Source: a virus (taxonomy: Duplodnaviria > Heunggongvirae > Uroviricota > Caudoviricetes). Taken from it: DNA of 26,592 nucleotides. A program made the position numbers and the translations under genes. Under the pieces are notes generated by a model. It was not told where the DNA came from, made no database searches, and saw nothing but the letters and a program-made list of their open reading frames with translations. Each line of letters begins with the position of its first letter. Position 1 is the first letter of the stretch. The DNA lies in IMG/VR virus record IMGVR_UViG_2645727539_000008, positions 1-26,592 of that record; one strand, 5' to 3'. This document shows positions 9,404-18,330 of the stretch, piece by piece.

Positions 9404-11133
9404 AGAATTAAGAGATCATCGTCCGGATCAAGAGATGAGAGGAAATCGTCAGGTTCTTTGAGCATTGCCCGACCGATCGTCATAATCAGTGCAACCGCAC
9501 CATCGATTTTGTTTTCCGCCTGCTCCTTGACGGGCTTCACTAAATCATCGTTACCAGGCATGTTTTTGCCGACCACATTGCCGATACACCAGGTCATGAT
9601 GGGATTGCCGTCATGATGAAAGCGTCCCGATTCAATCGCTGCTTCCAGCTCTTTCATCGGATCGGACATATTGGCGAAGTTCTGTACGATAGTGACGGGA
9701 TTCAGATCTTCATCAGCAAGGTCATGTGACAGCCCGGTCGCCCCGAAGGGGTCGATGGGTGACTCACTGACCGGGCTGATTTTGTTCGCCGCTTTGGCCT
9801 CTTCGAGGATGTAGCGATAATCCACCTCTGCACCATCGGTAACGGTCAGGACGCCCATTTCCACCCATTTCTGAAAGCGTTCGGCTGTCCGTCTATCTTC
9901 ATTTTTCTCGACGCTGTACACCGTGTCATACGGTACCCAGAAGCGCGGGGCCACACTGTAGTAATGCGTTTTACCGTCAATCTCGCGGGTATAAAGTCGC
10001 GCCATGCTGTTCATATCCAGCTTACGCGCCAGGTCAAAGGCCAGAATGCACGGCTGCCCCTCGAACTGCTCAAGGGTCAGTGATTTATCCTCGCAGCTCT
10101 GCCAGCTCACCAGGTTGAAATACGCCGAACGTGCCGACACCCAGATATTGAGGTGTTTTGTTTTAAAGACGTTTGCCAGACGGGCGTTATTTTTCGCACG
10201 CTGCTGCTGACTTAACAAAAATTCGCGATAAACCGACACGCCAATATTTGGATTGGCTTTTTCCAGCACCTGCGGGTCGGTCCAGTCGTCACCTTCATCA
10301 ACGGTATAGATGATCCCGAGCAGTTCATCGTTAGGCACCGAGCCGTTGAGCATCTCGATGACTTCCCGCCGCTTGTCGTAGCACGGCCCCTCAATGTTGT
10401 ACCCGGCGGTGGTGATGGCCCACATCAGTGGCTGACGTCGCGCCCCCATCCCGGTAAGCATTGTGGTATAAAGCGCATCGGTGGCATGCTCGTGATATTC
10501 ATCAACCACGGCACAGTGGGGTGATGAACCATCACCGGGGTTGCCGATCAGCGGTTCAAACCGCGCGCCATCCTCCGGACGGTTCATGTTTGAGGCGTTA
10601 ACCTCAATCCCGAACGCTTCCGTCAGCATGGGTGTGCGTTTACACATCAGTCGCGCCGGGCGAAAGACTTCCCACGCCTGTTTCTCTGTCGTGGCACCGG
10701 AATACACTTCCGCGCCAAACTCGTTATCACAGGCAAAACAATACAGGGCAACACCGGCAGAGATTGCTGATTTGCCGTTCTTACGGGGGATTTCGGTATA
10801 CACCTCCCGGAAGCGGCGCAACCGGGTGCCTTTATTGACCCAGCCAAACGCACAGCAGATCACAAATAGCTGCCACGGCTCCAGCGTGATGGGCATCCGT
10901 TTGAATGCCCACTCACCCTTGGTGTGCGGCAACAGCTGAATAAATTTCGCGGCCCGTTCAGCCAGGTCCTTGTCGAAGCGGTAACGAAACGACTTACTTT
11001 TTTCCGCCATCAGGTCATCAAGATGGCGCTGGCAGGCCTGAATCACAAACTGGCAGGCCACAATCTTTCCGCGCACGACATCACGGGCATACTGATTGGC
11101 AGCATTTACGTTGGGGTAAGATTTCCGGCTCAT
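9400..11133 (-). CDS. Terminase large subunit
   Basis: 577 aa; N-terminal ATPase region (GKS Walker A-like, VVDEYHE Walker B-like) and C-terminal nuclease region; follows the small subunit gene. Confidence 0.9.
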   Translation of the reverse strand: MSRKSYPNVNAANQYARDVVRGKIVACQFVIQACQRHLDDLMAEKSKSFRYRFDKDLAERAAKFIQLLPHTKGEWAFKRMPITLEPWQLFVICCAFGWVNKGTRLRRFREVYTEIPRKNGKSAISAGVALYCFACDNEFGAEVYSGATTEKQAWEVFRPARLMCKRTPMLTEAFGIEVNASNMNRPEDGARFEPLIGNPGDGSSPHCAVVDEYHEHATDALYTTMLTGMGARRQPLMWAITTAGYNIEGPCYDKRREVIEMLNGSVPNDELLGIIYTVDEGDDWTDPQVLEKANPNIGVSVYREFLLSQQQRAKNNARLANVFKTKHLNIWVSARSAYFNLVSWQSCEDKSLTLEQFEGQPCILAFDLARKLDMNSMARLYTREIDGKTHYYSVAPRFWVPYDTVYSVEKNEDRRTAERFQKWVEMGVLTVTDGAEVDYRYILEEAKAANKISPVSESPIDPFGATGLSHDLADEDLNPVTIVQNFANMSDPMKELEAAIESGRFHHDGNPIMTWCIGNVVGKNMPGNDDLVKPVKEQAENKIDGAVALIMTIGRAMLKEPDDFLSSLDPDDDLLIL

Positions 11134-11633
11134 GATTCGATAATTTTCAGAAACGGGTTAGTGGCTTTCTTCTGCCCCGCCAGGCCAATCAGACGCTGGC
11201 GGCTGCTGGGGTCGAGTCCGAGCATTGCCCCCGTGCTGCTCATCTCGGACTCCTGTTCTTTTTTGGCGGTCAGCTCCGGATTTTTGACCCTGCCGCCCAT
11301 TGCACCGGTGATGGTGTTGCCCTGTATGGCAATATTTTTCACGGCACGTCGCCAGAACTCATAGGCCACGCACCACCGCTCAAGCACTGCGAGGTCAGTC
11401 ACGCACAGCAGGCCCTGACCGCAGAGTTCTTTGGTTGTCAGTTGCCACATGATCGTGGCGAGAGGGAGATCTTCTTCAGCGAACCACTCTGGTGGCTCAA
11501 CACCTTTGATGGGCGTAAAAACAGGTTCATCTTTGTTCAGGGCTCGCTTGCCGGGGTTTCCGGCCAGCGCCTTGCGCGCCGTTGGCTTGGGGCGACGCCC
11601 GGAACGCCCCGCCGTTCCAGCCATATGCGGCAC
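11130..11633 (-). CDS. Terminase small subunit (P27-like)
   Basis: 167 aa, basic N-terminus, immediately upstream of and overlapping the large terminase; preceded by an HNH gene as in HK97-type packaging modules. Confidence 0.75.
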   Translation of the reverse strand: MPHMAGTAGRSGRRPKPTARKALAGNPGKRALNKDEPVFTPIKGVEPPEWFAEEDLPLATIMWQLTTKELCGQGLLCVTDLAVLERWCVAYEFWRRAVKNIAIQGNTITGAMGGRVKNPELTAKKEQESEMSSTGAMLGLDPSSRQRLIGLAGQKKATNPFLKIIES

Positions 11634-11749
11634 TCCTGGTTAAATTTCATTTTTCGCGGGTATAAAAAAACGATGGGGCGGGCAGTCCGGAAGACGTCAG
11701 GCTGCAGGGATTTGACCCGCCCCTCCCCTCAGGCAGTTGAGAATTATTA
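11634..11749. other. Candidate cos / packaging site region
   Basis: GC-rich inverted repeat GGGGCGGG...CCCGCCCC with a ~33-nt spacer in the intergenic region between HNH and small terminase genes. Confidence 0.3.
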
Positions 11750-12100
11750 TCACTTTAACCGTTCACGGGCCGTCTTCGCCTTATGACACGGCCAGCACAG
11801 ACTCTGCAGATTACTGTCAGCATCAGTGCCGCCATGCGCTTTAGGGATGATGTGGTCAACAGTTTTCGCCTCACGCACCACACCAGCACGCAGACATAAC
11901 TGACACAGACCTTTGTCACGCTTCAGAACACGCGCGCGGATACTGTCCCACTTCGAACCGTAGCCGCGCTGATGACGGGATTGTCCAGGTTTGTATTGCT
12001 TCCAGCCTTCGCTTTTGTGGCTTTCGCAGTAGCCTGAAGGGTCAGTAGTGGTATGGCGGCAGCCGCGAACACGGCAGGCTTTCGGGGTTCGTGGCGGCAT
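11750..12100 (-). CDS. HNH endonuclease (packaging-associated)
   Basis: 116 aa with Cys-rich zinc-finger-like motifs and a DH..P.AHGG...N HNH core; adjacent to terminase. Confidence 0.85.
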   Translation of the reverse strand: MPPRTPKACRVRGCRHTTTDPSGYCESHKSEGWKQYKPGQSRHQRGYGSKWDSIRARVLKRDKGLCQLCLRAGVVREAKTVDHIIPKAHGGTDADSNLQSLCWPCHKAKTARERLK

Positions 12101-12150
12101 TAATGCTTCCCTTTAAGTTATTACGATGGAACAGACCATAGAAATGGCAA

Positions 12151-12173
12151 TAAAAAACCGCCCGGAGGCGGTT
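12151..12173 (-). terminator. Rho-independent terminator downstream of the 106-aa moron
   Basis: 7-bp stem AACCGCC / GGCGGTT with a 4-nt loop, followed on the minus strand by a U-tract. Confidence 0.6.
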
Positions 12174-12192
12174 CAATTATCATCTCGATAAA

Positions 12193-12513
12193 CTAAATCA
12201 GATCACCAATGTATTTTGCACTAATTGAAATTTGCATCTGAGGCATTCCGACCACAGATCCATTTAACAGGTAATCACGTCCTCGTTCCTGCAAAGAAAG
12301 ACTCAATTCAAAGTTCTTTACCCCAGGGAAAACCGAGGTGGCATTTAAATCATGCTGCGATACGCGCAGAATAAGTTGGCTACCGTCAACTTTTCCCTGA
12401 TACGTAAAACCAAAATCTCCGCCGTTTACTGCATTGTTTTTGACAACTACGGTACCATTACCAAAATCACGCTGATTGCTTCTGAAAACAACAAAATAGA
12501 TACCATCTTTCAT
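12193..12513 (-). CDS. Hypothetical protein (moron between lysis and packaging genes)
   Basis: 106 aa, AT-rich coding region, own SD-like sequence and own downstream terminator; no signal peptide or recognisable motif. Confidence 0.55.
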   Translation of the reverse strand: MKDGIYFVVFRSNQRDFGNGTVVVKNNAVNGGDFGFTYQGKVDGSQLILRVSQHDLNATSVFPGVKNFELSLSLQERGRDYLLNGSVVGMPQMQISISAKYIGDLI

Positions 12514-12605
12514 GTGTAAAGCCCTTTAAAAGAGTCACCAAAATCAGGTGCTTTGTATCTATTGGGCCATCACATATCAAATCAAGGAACAAAACAAAGT
12601 TAACA

Positions 12606-12875
12606 TCATTTTTTTTGCATGATGTGACCACGCTCAACTTCAATCCTTCTGATGTCAGCTTTATCGGTATTACATTGCGCCAATGCAGACAACAAGGCGA
12701 CATTCAGATCTAAGCTCGAGCCCCACGTAAAATGATTAGGTAAATCAGGCTGAGGGGTTTCAGCCGTCAGGCTGGCTGGTAACGGAACTACCGGAACCTG
12801 GACGTAAACTGTTCGCGTACTTCCGCAACCGGTCAGCAGCGGCAGCAGGCACAGGACGTGAAGCACAATCATCAT
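12606..12875 (-). CDS. o-spanin (Rz1-like outer-membrane lipoprotein)
   Basis: Start moved to internal Met; signal peptide MMIVLHVLCLLPLLTGC with lipobox, Pro-rich mature part; overlaps the 3' end of the Rz-like gene in another frame. Confidence 0.7.
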   Translation of the reverse strand: MMIVLHVLCLLPLLTGCGSTRTVYVQVPVVPLPASLTAETPQPDLPNHFTWGSSLDLNVALLSALAQCNTDKADIRRIEVERGHIMQKK

Positions 12876-13152
12876 CCGCAACAGCCACTTTGATATCTTT
12901 CTGGGTTCTCTGTGACTCCAGTGCGATCTGCTGTTTTGCATGTTGATTCGCCTCCTGAATGATGTTCGTTATTGCCATAGTACGCAGAACATTCGCGGTG
13001 ATAGCCTCAGTAGAATCAGCTCGCTGTTCCGCAGCATCAGCACGCTTCTGCTCCTCCAGAAACTTTCCATGATAGTGATTCGCTGACCAGACAAGACCAC
13101 CAGCGACACAAGCAATAAACGTTAAAATGAGCGCCCAATAACTCATCTTCAT
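12760..13152 (-). CDS. i-spanin (Rz-like)
   Basis: 130 aa, N-terminal TM helix then charged coiled-coil periplasmic domain; directly downstream of the endolysin gene. Confidence 0.8.
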   Translation of the reverse strand: MKMSYWALILTFIACVAGGLVWSANHYHGKFLEEQKRADAAEQRADSTEAITANVLRTMAITNIIQEANQHAKQQIALESQRTQKDIKVAVADDDCASRPVPAAAADRLRKYANSLRPGSGSSVTSQPDG

Positions 13153-13763
13153 ACCAGCAGCGCCGCCCGCGCCTTGTTGTATCGGACCTTACGATCCTCA
13201 ATACCGTTCAAACCGCCGTTAATGATGCGCGTAACACGGTTAATATCGGCACCGTAGATCATGCAACCTTTAGAGGTGTAGAACCATGCAGCTGAGCGCG
13301 CAGCCTGTAGTTCCTGTTCCAGTTGTTCAGGTGAAGTCACCAGATCTAACTTCAGCGCCGCGCCACAGATGCGATAATTATGGAGGCCAGTGATTTGAAT
13401 TAATCCTCTACCGCGATATTTCCAGCCATCACCGGGTGCTTTGTTACCCAGCCGGTTGCTATACACCAGATTGGCAATAGCATCCTGGCGAGCTGCATGT
13501 CCGGATGTTCTGCCAAGGGCATCAGCCTGCTGCTGTGTGATCCTCTTTCCGAACGTCGCCACCAGCGCAGATGGCGTGTAGTTAAAATTTTCAACTACGG
13601 CGCTAAACCCCATCGACTCATGGCCTACCTGAGCGATAAACATTGCCTGATCCGCTGGTGCTGTAATGCCGAATTCCTTCATCGCCGCATCAATGTGCGG
13701 AAACCAGCGCGCAGCCAGCCCGGCGCTAATACCAGCCGCCTTTTGAAATAATTGTTGGTTCAT
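13149..13763 (-). CDS. Endolysin, glycoside hydrolase family 19 (chitinase-like lysozyme)
   Basis: 204 aa with GH19 signature motifs FIAQVGHESMGF and YRGRGLIQITGLHNY; sits between holin and spanin genes. Confidence 0.9.
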   Translation of the reverse strand: MNQQLFQKAAGISAGLAARWFPHIDAAMKEFGITAPADQAMFIAQVGHESMGFSAVVENFNYTPSALVATFGKRITQQQADALGRTSGHAARQDAIANLVYSNRLGNKAPGDGWKYRGRGLIQITGLHNYRICGAALKLDLVTSPEQLEQELQAARSAAWFYTSKGCMIYGADINRVTRIINGGLNGIEDRKVRYNKARAALLV

Positions 13764-14044
13764 TAGTGCCTCAGATGATCAACCAGACGTGCAACGTTGC
13801 CTCTGACAGCCACCAGCACGGAAAGAAAAATAGTGTTCGCCACGATAATGGGCCATGAGGAATGGGGATAAATCCCACAGAGATAGGCCAACGGAACAGC
13901 ACTGTATGTAACAGTAATCAGCCAGGCTAAACGTGAAACCCAAGGACGATGCCGCGAATCACCACGACGATAAAACATCAGAGTAATAACAACACAAGCA
14001 CATAACAGCGCATTTATAGTTGCTGTCGGGTCATTTAGCTCCAC
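13763..14044 (-). CDS. Holin
   Basis: 93 aa with three predicted TM segments and a charged C-terminus; immediately upstream of the endolysin. Confidence 0.7.
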   Translation of the reverse strand: MELNDPTATINALLCACVVITLMFYRRGDSRHRPWVSRLAWLITVTYSAVPLAYLCGIYPHSSWPIIVANTIFLSVLVAVRGNVARLVDHLRH

Positions 14045-14417
14045 CTGAACCTCCCCGGCGCGTTATGAGCGCCACCAGCGAGCCGATATCCTGATTATTC
14101 AGGAACGTCAGGATTTTAACGGCTAAAGCAGAGACGATTACGGCACCAATAGCATCCAGAGGTTTATCACTGTATCCGGTCAAGTTCGCCAGCTTGGAGC
14201 CAACCAACCCAGAGCAAAGAATCCCGGCAATATATGACACGATAAAATATGCCAGTCGGCGCGATGCACTCAGATCTGCAGCTGTTGCTATGTAGAATAC
14301 AGCCCCTGCAAATGCGCCAAATACAACGCCGTAATCAGTTCCGGTCAGCAGTCCATAAACACTGGCACCCGTCAGGGCACCACCAGCCAGCCCAGTACCG
14401 GAAATCGGATCGGACAT
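14031..14417 (-). CDS. Holin-like membrane protein (second holin or antiholin)
   Basis: 128 aa, Gly/Ala-rich with 3-4 TM segments; strong SD (AGAGGGGG) before its ATG; first gene of the lysis cassette. Confidence 0.65.
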   Translation of the reverse strand: MSDPISGTGLAGGALTGASVYGLLTGTDYGVVFGAFAGAVFYIATAADLSASRRLAYFIVSYIAGILCSGLVGSKLANLTGYSDKPLDAIGAVIVSALAVKILTFLNNQDIGSLVALITRRGGSGGAK

Positions 14418-14460
14418 TTAGCCCCCTCTTAATTGCTGTTGGTCCTCTCAGAACGAGGGG

Positions 14461-14489
14461 AAACAAAAAAGGCCGCATTAAGGCGGCCT
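14461..14489 (-). terminator. Rho-independent terminator downstream of the Q-proximal moron
   Basis: Stem AGGCCGC / GCGGCCT with a short loop, followed on the minus strand by UUUUUU. Confidence 0.65.
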
Positions 14490-14507
14490 TGGTGAGGTAT
14501 AGTTTTT

Positions 14508-15104
14508 TTAAGATAAACTTTGATTGATATACTCATGACACCCAAAAATAAAGGCGTTTTGTGCATCAATAAATGACTTTTTTTCTTCCGGAGTAAAATA
14601 CCCTTTTGTAAAACATACTTTTAGCGCTTTTTGAAGATCTGCCGTCAGGGTTATCAACTTACAACCTTCCTCATCAGGCCTTATTAATAGAAGTAATTTA
14701 TTTTTACTTATTTCAGCGGCCTTTATTGGAACTTGAATCTCCTCAGGGAAAACACCCTTAGCCAATATATCCATATTCTTATTTCCGACCAGATGCCATT
14801 GCTCAAATGTGCTGGCCAACATAATTACGTCTGTCACATGCTCAGCGCCAGCAAAACGTATTTGTTGCGCCAATTCTTTATTAGTATTCAAGTGAGCCTG
14901 TAATGTGGCTAAGGCAAAATTTTCTTTGATTGCCCTGTATGCAACCCAACCAGTTATTCCTGCGGCAATAACGCCTGCAAGAGCAGTAATGAGTGTTTCA
15001 AAAGGAAAGGAAGAACTGATTTCAATTGGCGGTAATTTTTCTATTACCAAGGTCAACTCGCCAGTAGTTTTTTCGAAAGCGTACGGTACGTTTTGCCAAG
15101 TCAT
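14508..15104 (-). CDS. Hypothetical membrane-anchored protein (moron between Q and lysis genes)
   Basis: 198 aa, one TM segment (ITALAGVIAAGITGWVAY), AT-rich codon usage unlike neighbours, strong SD AGGAGG, bracketed by terminators. Confidence 0.65.
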   Translation of the reverse strand: MTWQNVPYAFEKTTGELTLVIEKLPPIEISSSFPFETLITALAGVIAAGITGWVAYRAIKENFALATLQAHLNTNKELAQQIRFAGAEHVTDVIMLASTFEQWHLVGNKNMDILAKGVFPEEIQVPIKAAEISKNKLLLLIRPDEEGCKLITLTADLQKALKVCFTKGYFTPEEKKSFIDAQNAFIFGCHEYINQSLS

Positions 15105-15135
15105 GAAGCCTCCTGAGTTTCAGAGGAATCATAAC

Positions 15136-15159
15136 AAAAAAACCCGCTCAATGGCGGGC
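15136..15159 (-). terminator. tR'-like terminator just downstream of the Q gene
   Basis: 6-bp stem GCCCGC / GCGGGU followed by U7 on the minus strand, about 50 nt after the Q stop; the position matches lambda tR'. Confidence 0.55.
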
Positions 15160-15210
15160 TCTTAATGTTGTGTTGCTCAGTTCGCTTTAACGTCCCGAGC
15201 CTACCACAAT

Positions 15211-15789
15211 TTAAGCACTTTCTTGCTCACTCTGCAACTTAAATCTGTCGCTATTTGTGCCGAATGCGTCACAAACTGGAGCGTACAGGATCGATTCTGC
15301 AAGACTTAGCCAAGTGTCAATGCGTCGACGACAGGTGATCAGCGGCCAGTCAGGATGTTTAGCCTGCAGTTCATTGGCCATCTGCAACTTGCTCTTACGA
15401 AGACGATACCGGTCAACAATCACGCTATAGAGCGATCGGTAGTCATCATTCATCAGTACTGAAGCAATGACACCGTCCACTAACAACCCTTCTTCATCTG
15501 AACAGAACGCCAGGCCGCTTTTATTTTTGCTGTTGAGAATTTCACGCAGGTACGCTTCAAGTTCAGGCTTGGTGATACCCGCTATCTTCATCCGGCGTAG
15601 CGCTTCATTGATAGCTGTCTTGGTGATTTTCCCGGATGCCAGAAGCTGGTTAAACATGTTTCCACCACTACCACCGCCGATATAAGACCAGCGGCCCCAC
15701 ATGCGCAACTTGCCTTGTATCCAGATACTTTCCAGAGTACGAAGGCGAACCATTTCACCTGATTTGCCAACTTCAGAAGGATTAATCAT
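15211..15789 (-). CDS. Late-gene antitermination protein Q-like
   Basis: 192 aa; position between nin-region genes and the lysis cassette, followed by a tR'-like terminator; motif RMWGRW recalled from Q-family antiterminators. Confidence 0.7.
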   Translation of the reverse strand: MINPSEVGKSGEMVRLRTLESIWIQGKLRMWGRWSYIGGGSGGNMFNQLLASGKITKTAINEALRRMKIAGITKPELEAYLREILNSKNKSGLAFCSDEEGLLVDGVIASVLMNDDYRSLYSVIVDRYRLRKSKLQMANELQAKHPDWPLITCRRRIDTWLSLAESILYAPVCDAFGTNSDRFKLQSEQESA

Positions 15790-15803
15790 TTAGCATTCTC
15801 CAC

Positions 15804-16799
15804 TTACGCCAGTACGCCTATTGCCAGCGCACGATCGATAAAACGAAATATCAGCTCCAGCTGGGAGCCATACTTCTCTTCAAATGCCACGGTATCCGCA
15901 TGCAGCTCGTCGTGATGCTTTCTGCACAAAGGCAACACAAAGAGGTAATGCGCTTTTGTACCCATTCCACCCTGACCGTGACCTATCAGGTGGTGGGGAT
16001 CATCAGCAGGCTTTCCACAACATGCACACGGCTGTGTCTTAACCCAGCGCGTGTACTTTTCATTAACCCAGCGGCGACGTTTTGGGCGTAACATAAAAGA
16101 CTCCGGCGACTCCGGATCCACTTTCAGCGCCAGCACCTTTTTTGCCTTATCCTGGATGATGCTGGTGGCAGGAACCGAAGGCACAAGGTCACTTTCCCGG
16201 GTGACAGACGGCACAACAGGCTTCGGTAATCTCAGTGCCTTACGGGCTGCACTTTCCGGTAAGGCACCCGCCAGGTCATTACGAATCAGCCACCAGCACA
16301 GTTCCGGCATTGTCACAGCGTGACTATCATCAAAACCGAGATCCCGACGCACAACAGACAACACCCAGCGGGCACAGTTATCCGTTGCCATTGATTCCAG
16401 CCGTTCCGTGAACTGATCGCGCAGCTGGTTATCGCAGTGCCAGCACAGACGGATTGCACCCGGCGCGTGTCGCATTGTGGTCATGTTCTCGCTGTGCCAG
16501 TCGGAATGAGGCCACTGGCAGCCTTTTTCACGAAGTAACCAGCTTTCAAGACATTCCACGCCACCAGCACGACGGATCACTGCCTCATTGCGGAACACGG
16601 CCCGAACGGCAGGATCATCCGCCAGCGGTTGTGATGCCGCCGGAACAGCACCACTGGCGAAAGATGAATAACGTTCCGGCTCAGGCTCCAGCAGGACACG
16701 CCCCTGCATAAACAGGGGCATCAGCTCTGAACCTGGTCTGAACAATACGATCCCCATACGCGGGGCAATTTCAGGGGTCAGTAGTGCTCTCACGGTCAC
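15804..16799 (-). CDS. DUF968-family protein (YdfU-like) with C-terminal Cys/His zinc-binding motif
   Basis: 331 aa; C-terminus CACCGK...HHLIGHG...CRKHHDELH; occupies the position of ydfU in Qin-type prophages, just upstream of Q. Confidence 0.7.
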   Translation of the reverse strand: MTVRALLTPEIAPRMGIVLFRPGSELMPLFMQGRVLLEPEPERYSSFASGAVPAASQPLADDPAVRAVFRNEAVIRRAGGVECLESWLLREKGCQWPHSDWHSENMTTMRHAPGAIRLCWHCDNQLRDQFTERLESMATDNCARWVLSVVRRDLGFDDSHAVTMPELCWWLIRNDLAGALPESAARKALRLPKPVVPSVTRESDLVPSVPATSIIQDKAKKVLALKVDPESPESFMLRPKRRRWVNEKYTRWVKTQPCACCGKPADDPHHLIGHGQGGMGTKAHYLFVLPLCRKHHDELHADTVAFEEKYGSQLELIFRFIDRALAIGVLA

Positions 16800-16800
16800 C

Positions 16801-17598
16801 TCAATGAACGATATCGAGCAGCTTTAACAGCTCAGGGAATCGGGATTCGAAGAAATGCGGCTGCGTCTCGCGCGGATTTGCGGGACTGGTGATGTTCTTG
16901 CCGAACATGCAGCCTTTCGCTGTCAGCGACCAGAATTTTTTGATGTTGTTAATCGCGGTACGGCTGTATCGTTCGCGCTGCTCGACGATCCCCAGCTTCA
17001 CCATCTGGTGATATGCCTGATTAGCCGTCAGGCGTATACCATACTGTTTCAGCAGTGCACTCAGTGACAGTGTCGGGCGACTTGAGCCATCGTGTGCATC
17101 AGCAGGAGCATCAATGGCATAGCGCGGTGCCAGATTCGGTAAGCCAACAGCCTCCTGGAGTTTCTGACAGGCACCAAGCACTGAAGAGTTAGACAGGTTT
17201 AATTCCCGGCGCATAAAGTCCAGCAGAATCACACCAGCCTGCATCTTGTCAGCAGCCTGTCCGGATAATTTTTCCGGTGCGCTGGTTACCATATCGAAAG
17301 TACGGATCACCTTCAGATGGAATGACGGGCTGATCCACATTGCATAGGCATACACCAGTTCTTTGCAGACATACGTCCCCTGGTTATTTCCGCCACGAAT
17401 AACGTTAACTGGCTCTATATTGACCGAGTTGCAAATCTGCAACTCGCTTATTAAACGTTCAGTTTGCTCATTGCGGAGCCAGAATGCAGGCTTATGCTTA
17501 TCCAGAGAACCGGCAGCCCTGTGCAGATCGTTCAGGCTGTAACGCCCATAAGCATCACGACGAACTTCAATACCATCAATGACCATCAGATTATTCAT
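16801..17598 (-). CDS. KilA-N domain protein (antirepressor-like)
   Basis: Start moved to MNNLMVIDGIEV, preceded by GAGGAGAAA; KilA-N-like motif GTYVCKELVYAYAMWISPSFHLKVIRTF. Confidence 0.75.
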   Translation of the reverse strand: MNNLMVIDGIEVRRDAYGRYSLNDLHRAAGSLDKHKPAFWLRNEQTERLISELQICNSVNIEPVNVIRGGNNQGTYVCKELVYAYAMWISPSFHLKVIRTFDMVTSAPEKLSGQAADKMQAGVILLDFMRRELNLSNSSVLGACQKLQEAVGLPNLAPRYAIDAPADAHDGSSRPTLSLSALLKQYGIRLTANQAYHQMVKLGIVEQRERYSRTAINNIKKFWSLTAKGCMFGKNITSPANPRETQPHFFESRFPELLKLLDIVH

Positions 17599-17617
17599 AC
17601 TTCGTTTCTCCTCTTGA

Positions 17618-18007
17618 TCAGGCGGCTGCACCCGCCGTTTTCTCGTACTTACTGATAGTGATCTCGATCTTCCCTCCCGGGATAACCGGTCCCCACTCAA
17701 CCAGCATTCTTTTCACCTGACTGTCGTCTTCCCACACACCCGCGTGGGTCAGGGCGTCAAACAGCGCCTTGTTATAGTTGTCCAGATCGCGGATCCGGTT
17801 ATCCGGAGGAAACAACACGATCTCCACTGAAGCAGGTGCCGACGTTGGTTTCGGCAGGCGACGTAACTGCTCAACTATTGCTGCGCACGCCGCGCTCTGG
17901 AATTTGCGCCCCGCTGCGCTTATCAGACTCTTACCAGCAAACGCCCCTTTGTTGGGGTGTCGCCAGTACGTGTTCACGCTGGGCGGGAAAGGCAAGATCA
18001 GCTTCAT
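17618..18007 (-). CDS. rusA: Holliday junction resolvase RusA
   Basis: 129 aa, N-terminus MKLILPFPPSVNTYWR and conserved acidic residues typical of RusA; in nin region. Confidence 0.9.
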   Translation of the reverse strand: MKLILPFPPSVNTYWRHPNKGAFAGKSLISAAGRKFQSAACAAIVEQLRRLPKPTSAPASVEIVLFPPDNRIRDLDNYNKALFDALTHAGVWEDDSQVKRMLVEWGPVIPGGKIEITISKYEKTAGAAA

Positions 18008-18330
18008 ACTTTCAGGCCCCTCTCATGTAACCAGTGGGCTGCACGCAGCCTGCCGTTTTCCTCACCGGCAAGCAGTGCGCGGATAATCCCGACCGCCTCG
18101 CTGTCGTCGTCCTTCACCGCGGTATGAAGCGTTATCCCCCGGGCCACGCCACGCTTTATCGTGATGACGCCTTTTTTCTCCAGTGCACGAAGATGCTCTA
18201 CCGCTGCATTCACTGAACGGTATCCCAGCATGGTTGCCACCTCCTGATTGGTTGGCGGAAAGCCACGCTCTTTCTGATAAGAAATCAGCATATCCAGCAC
18301 CTGCTGCTGGCATTGAGTTAACGTCGTCAT
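18004..18330 (-). CDS. LexA N-terminal DNA-binding domain homolog lacking the S24 peptidase domain
   Basis: 108 aa; residues 1-70 align by eye with LexA residues 1-70 (QQ.V.D.I...G.PPT..E.A..LG.RS.NAA.EHL.AL..KGVI.I..G..RGI.L); no Ala-Gly cleavage site or Ser/Lys dyad. Confidence 0.8.
   Translation of the reverse strand: MTTLTQCQQQVLDMLISYQKERGFPPTNQEVATMLGYRSVNAAVEHLRALEKKGVITIKRGVARGITLHTAVKDDDSEAVGIIRALLAGEENGRLRAAHWLHERGLKV

Noticed and set aside
12467-12703. 78-aa minus-strand ORF overlapping the Rz1 3' end and the moron start
   Set aside because: Overlaps two better-supported genes and an apparent promoter region; Cys-rich nonsense-like translation.
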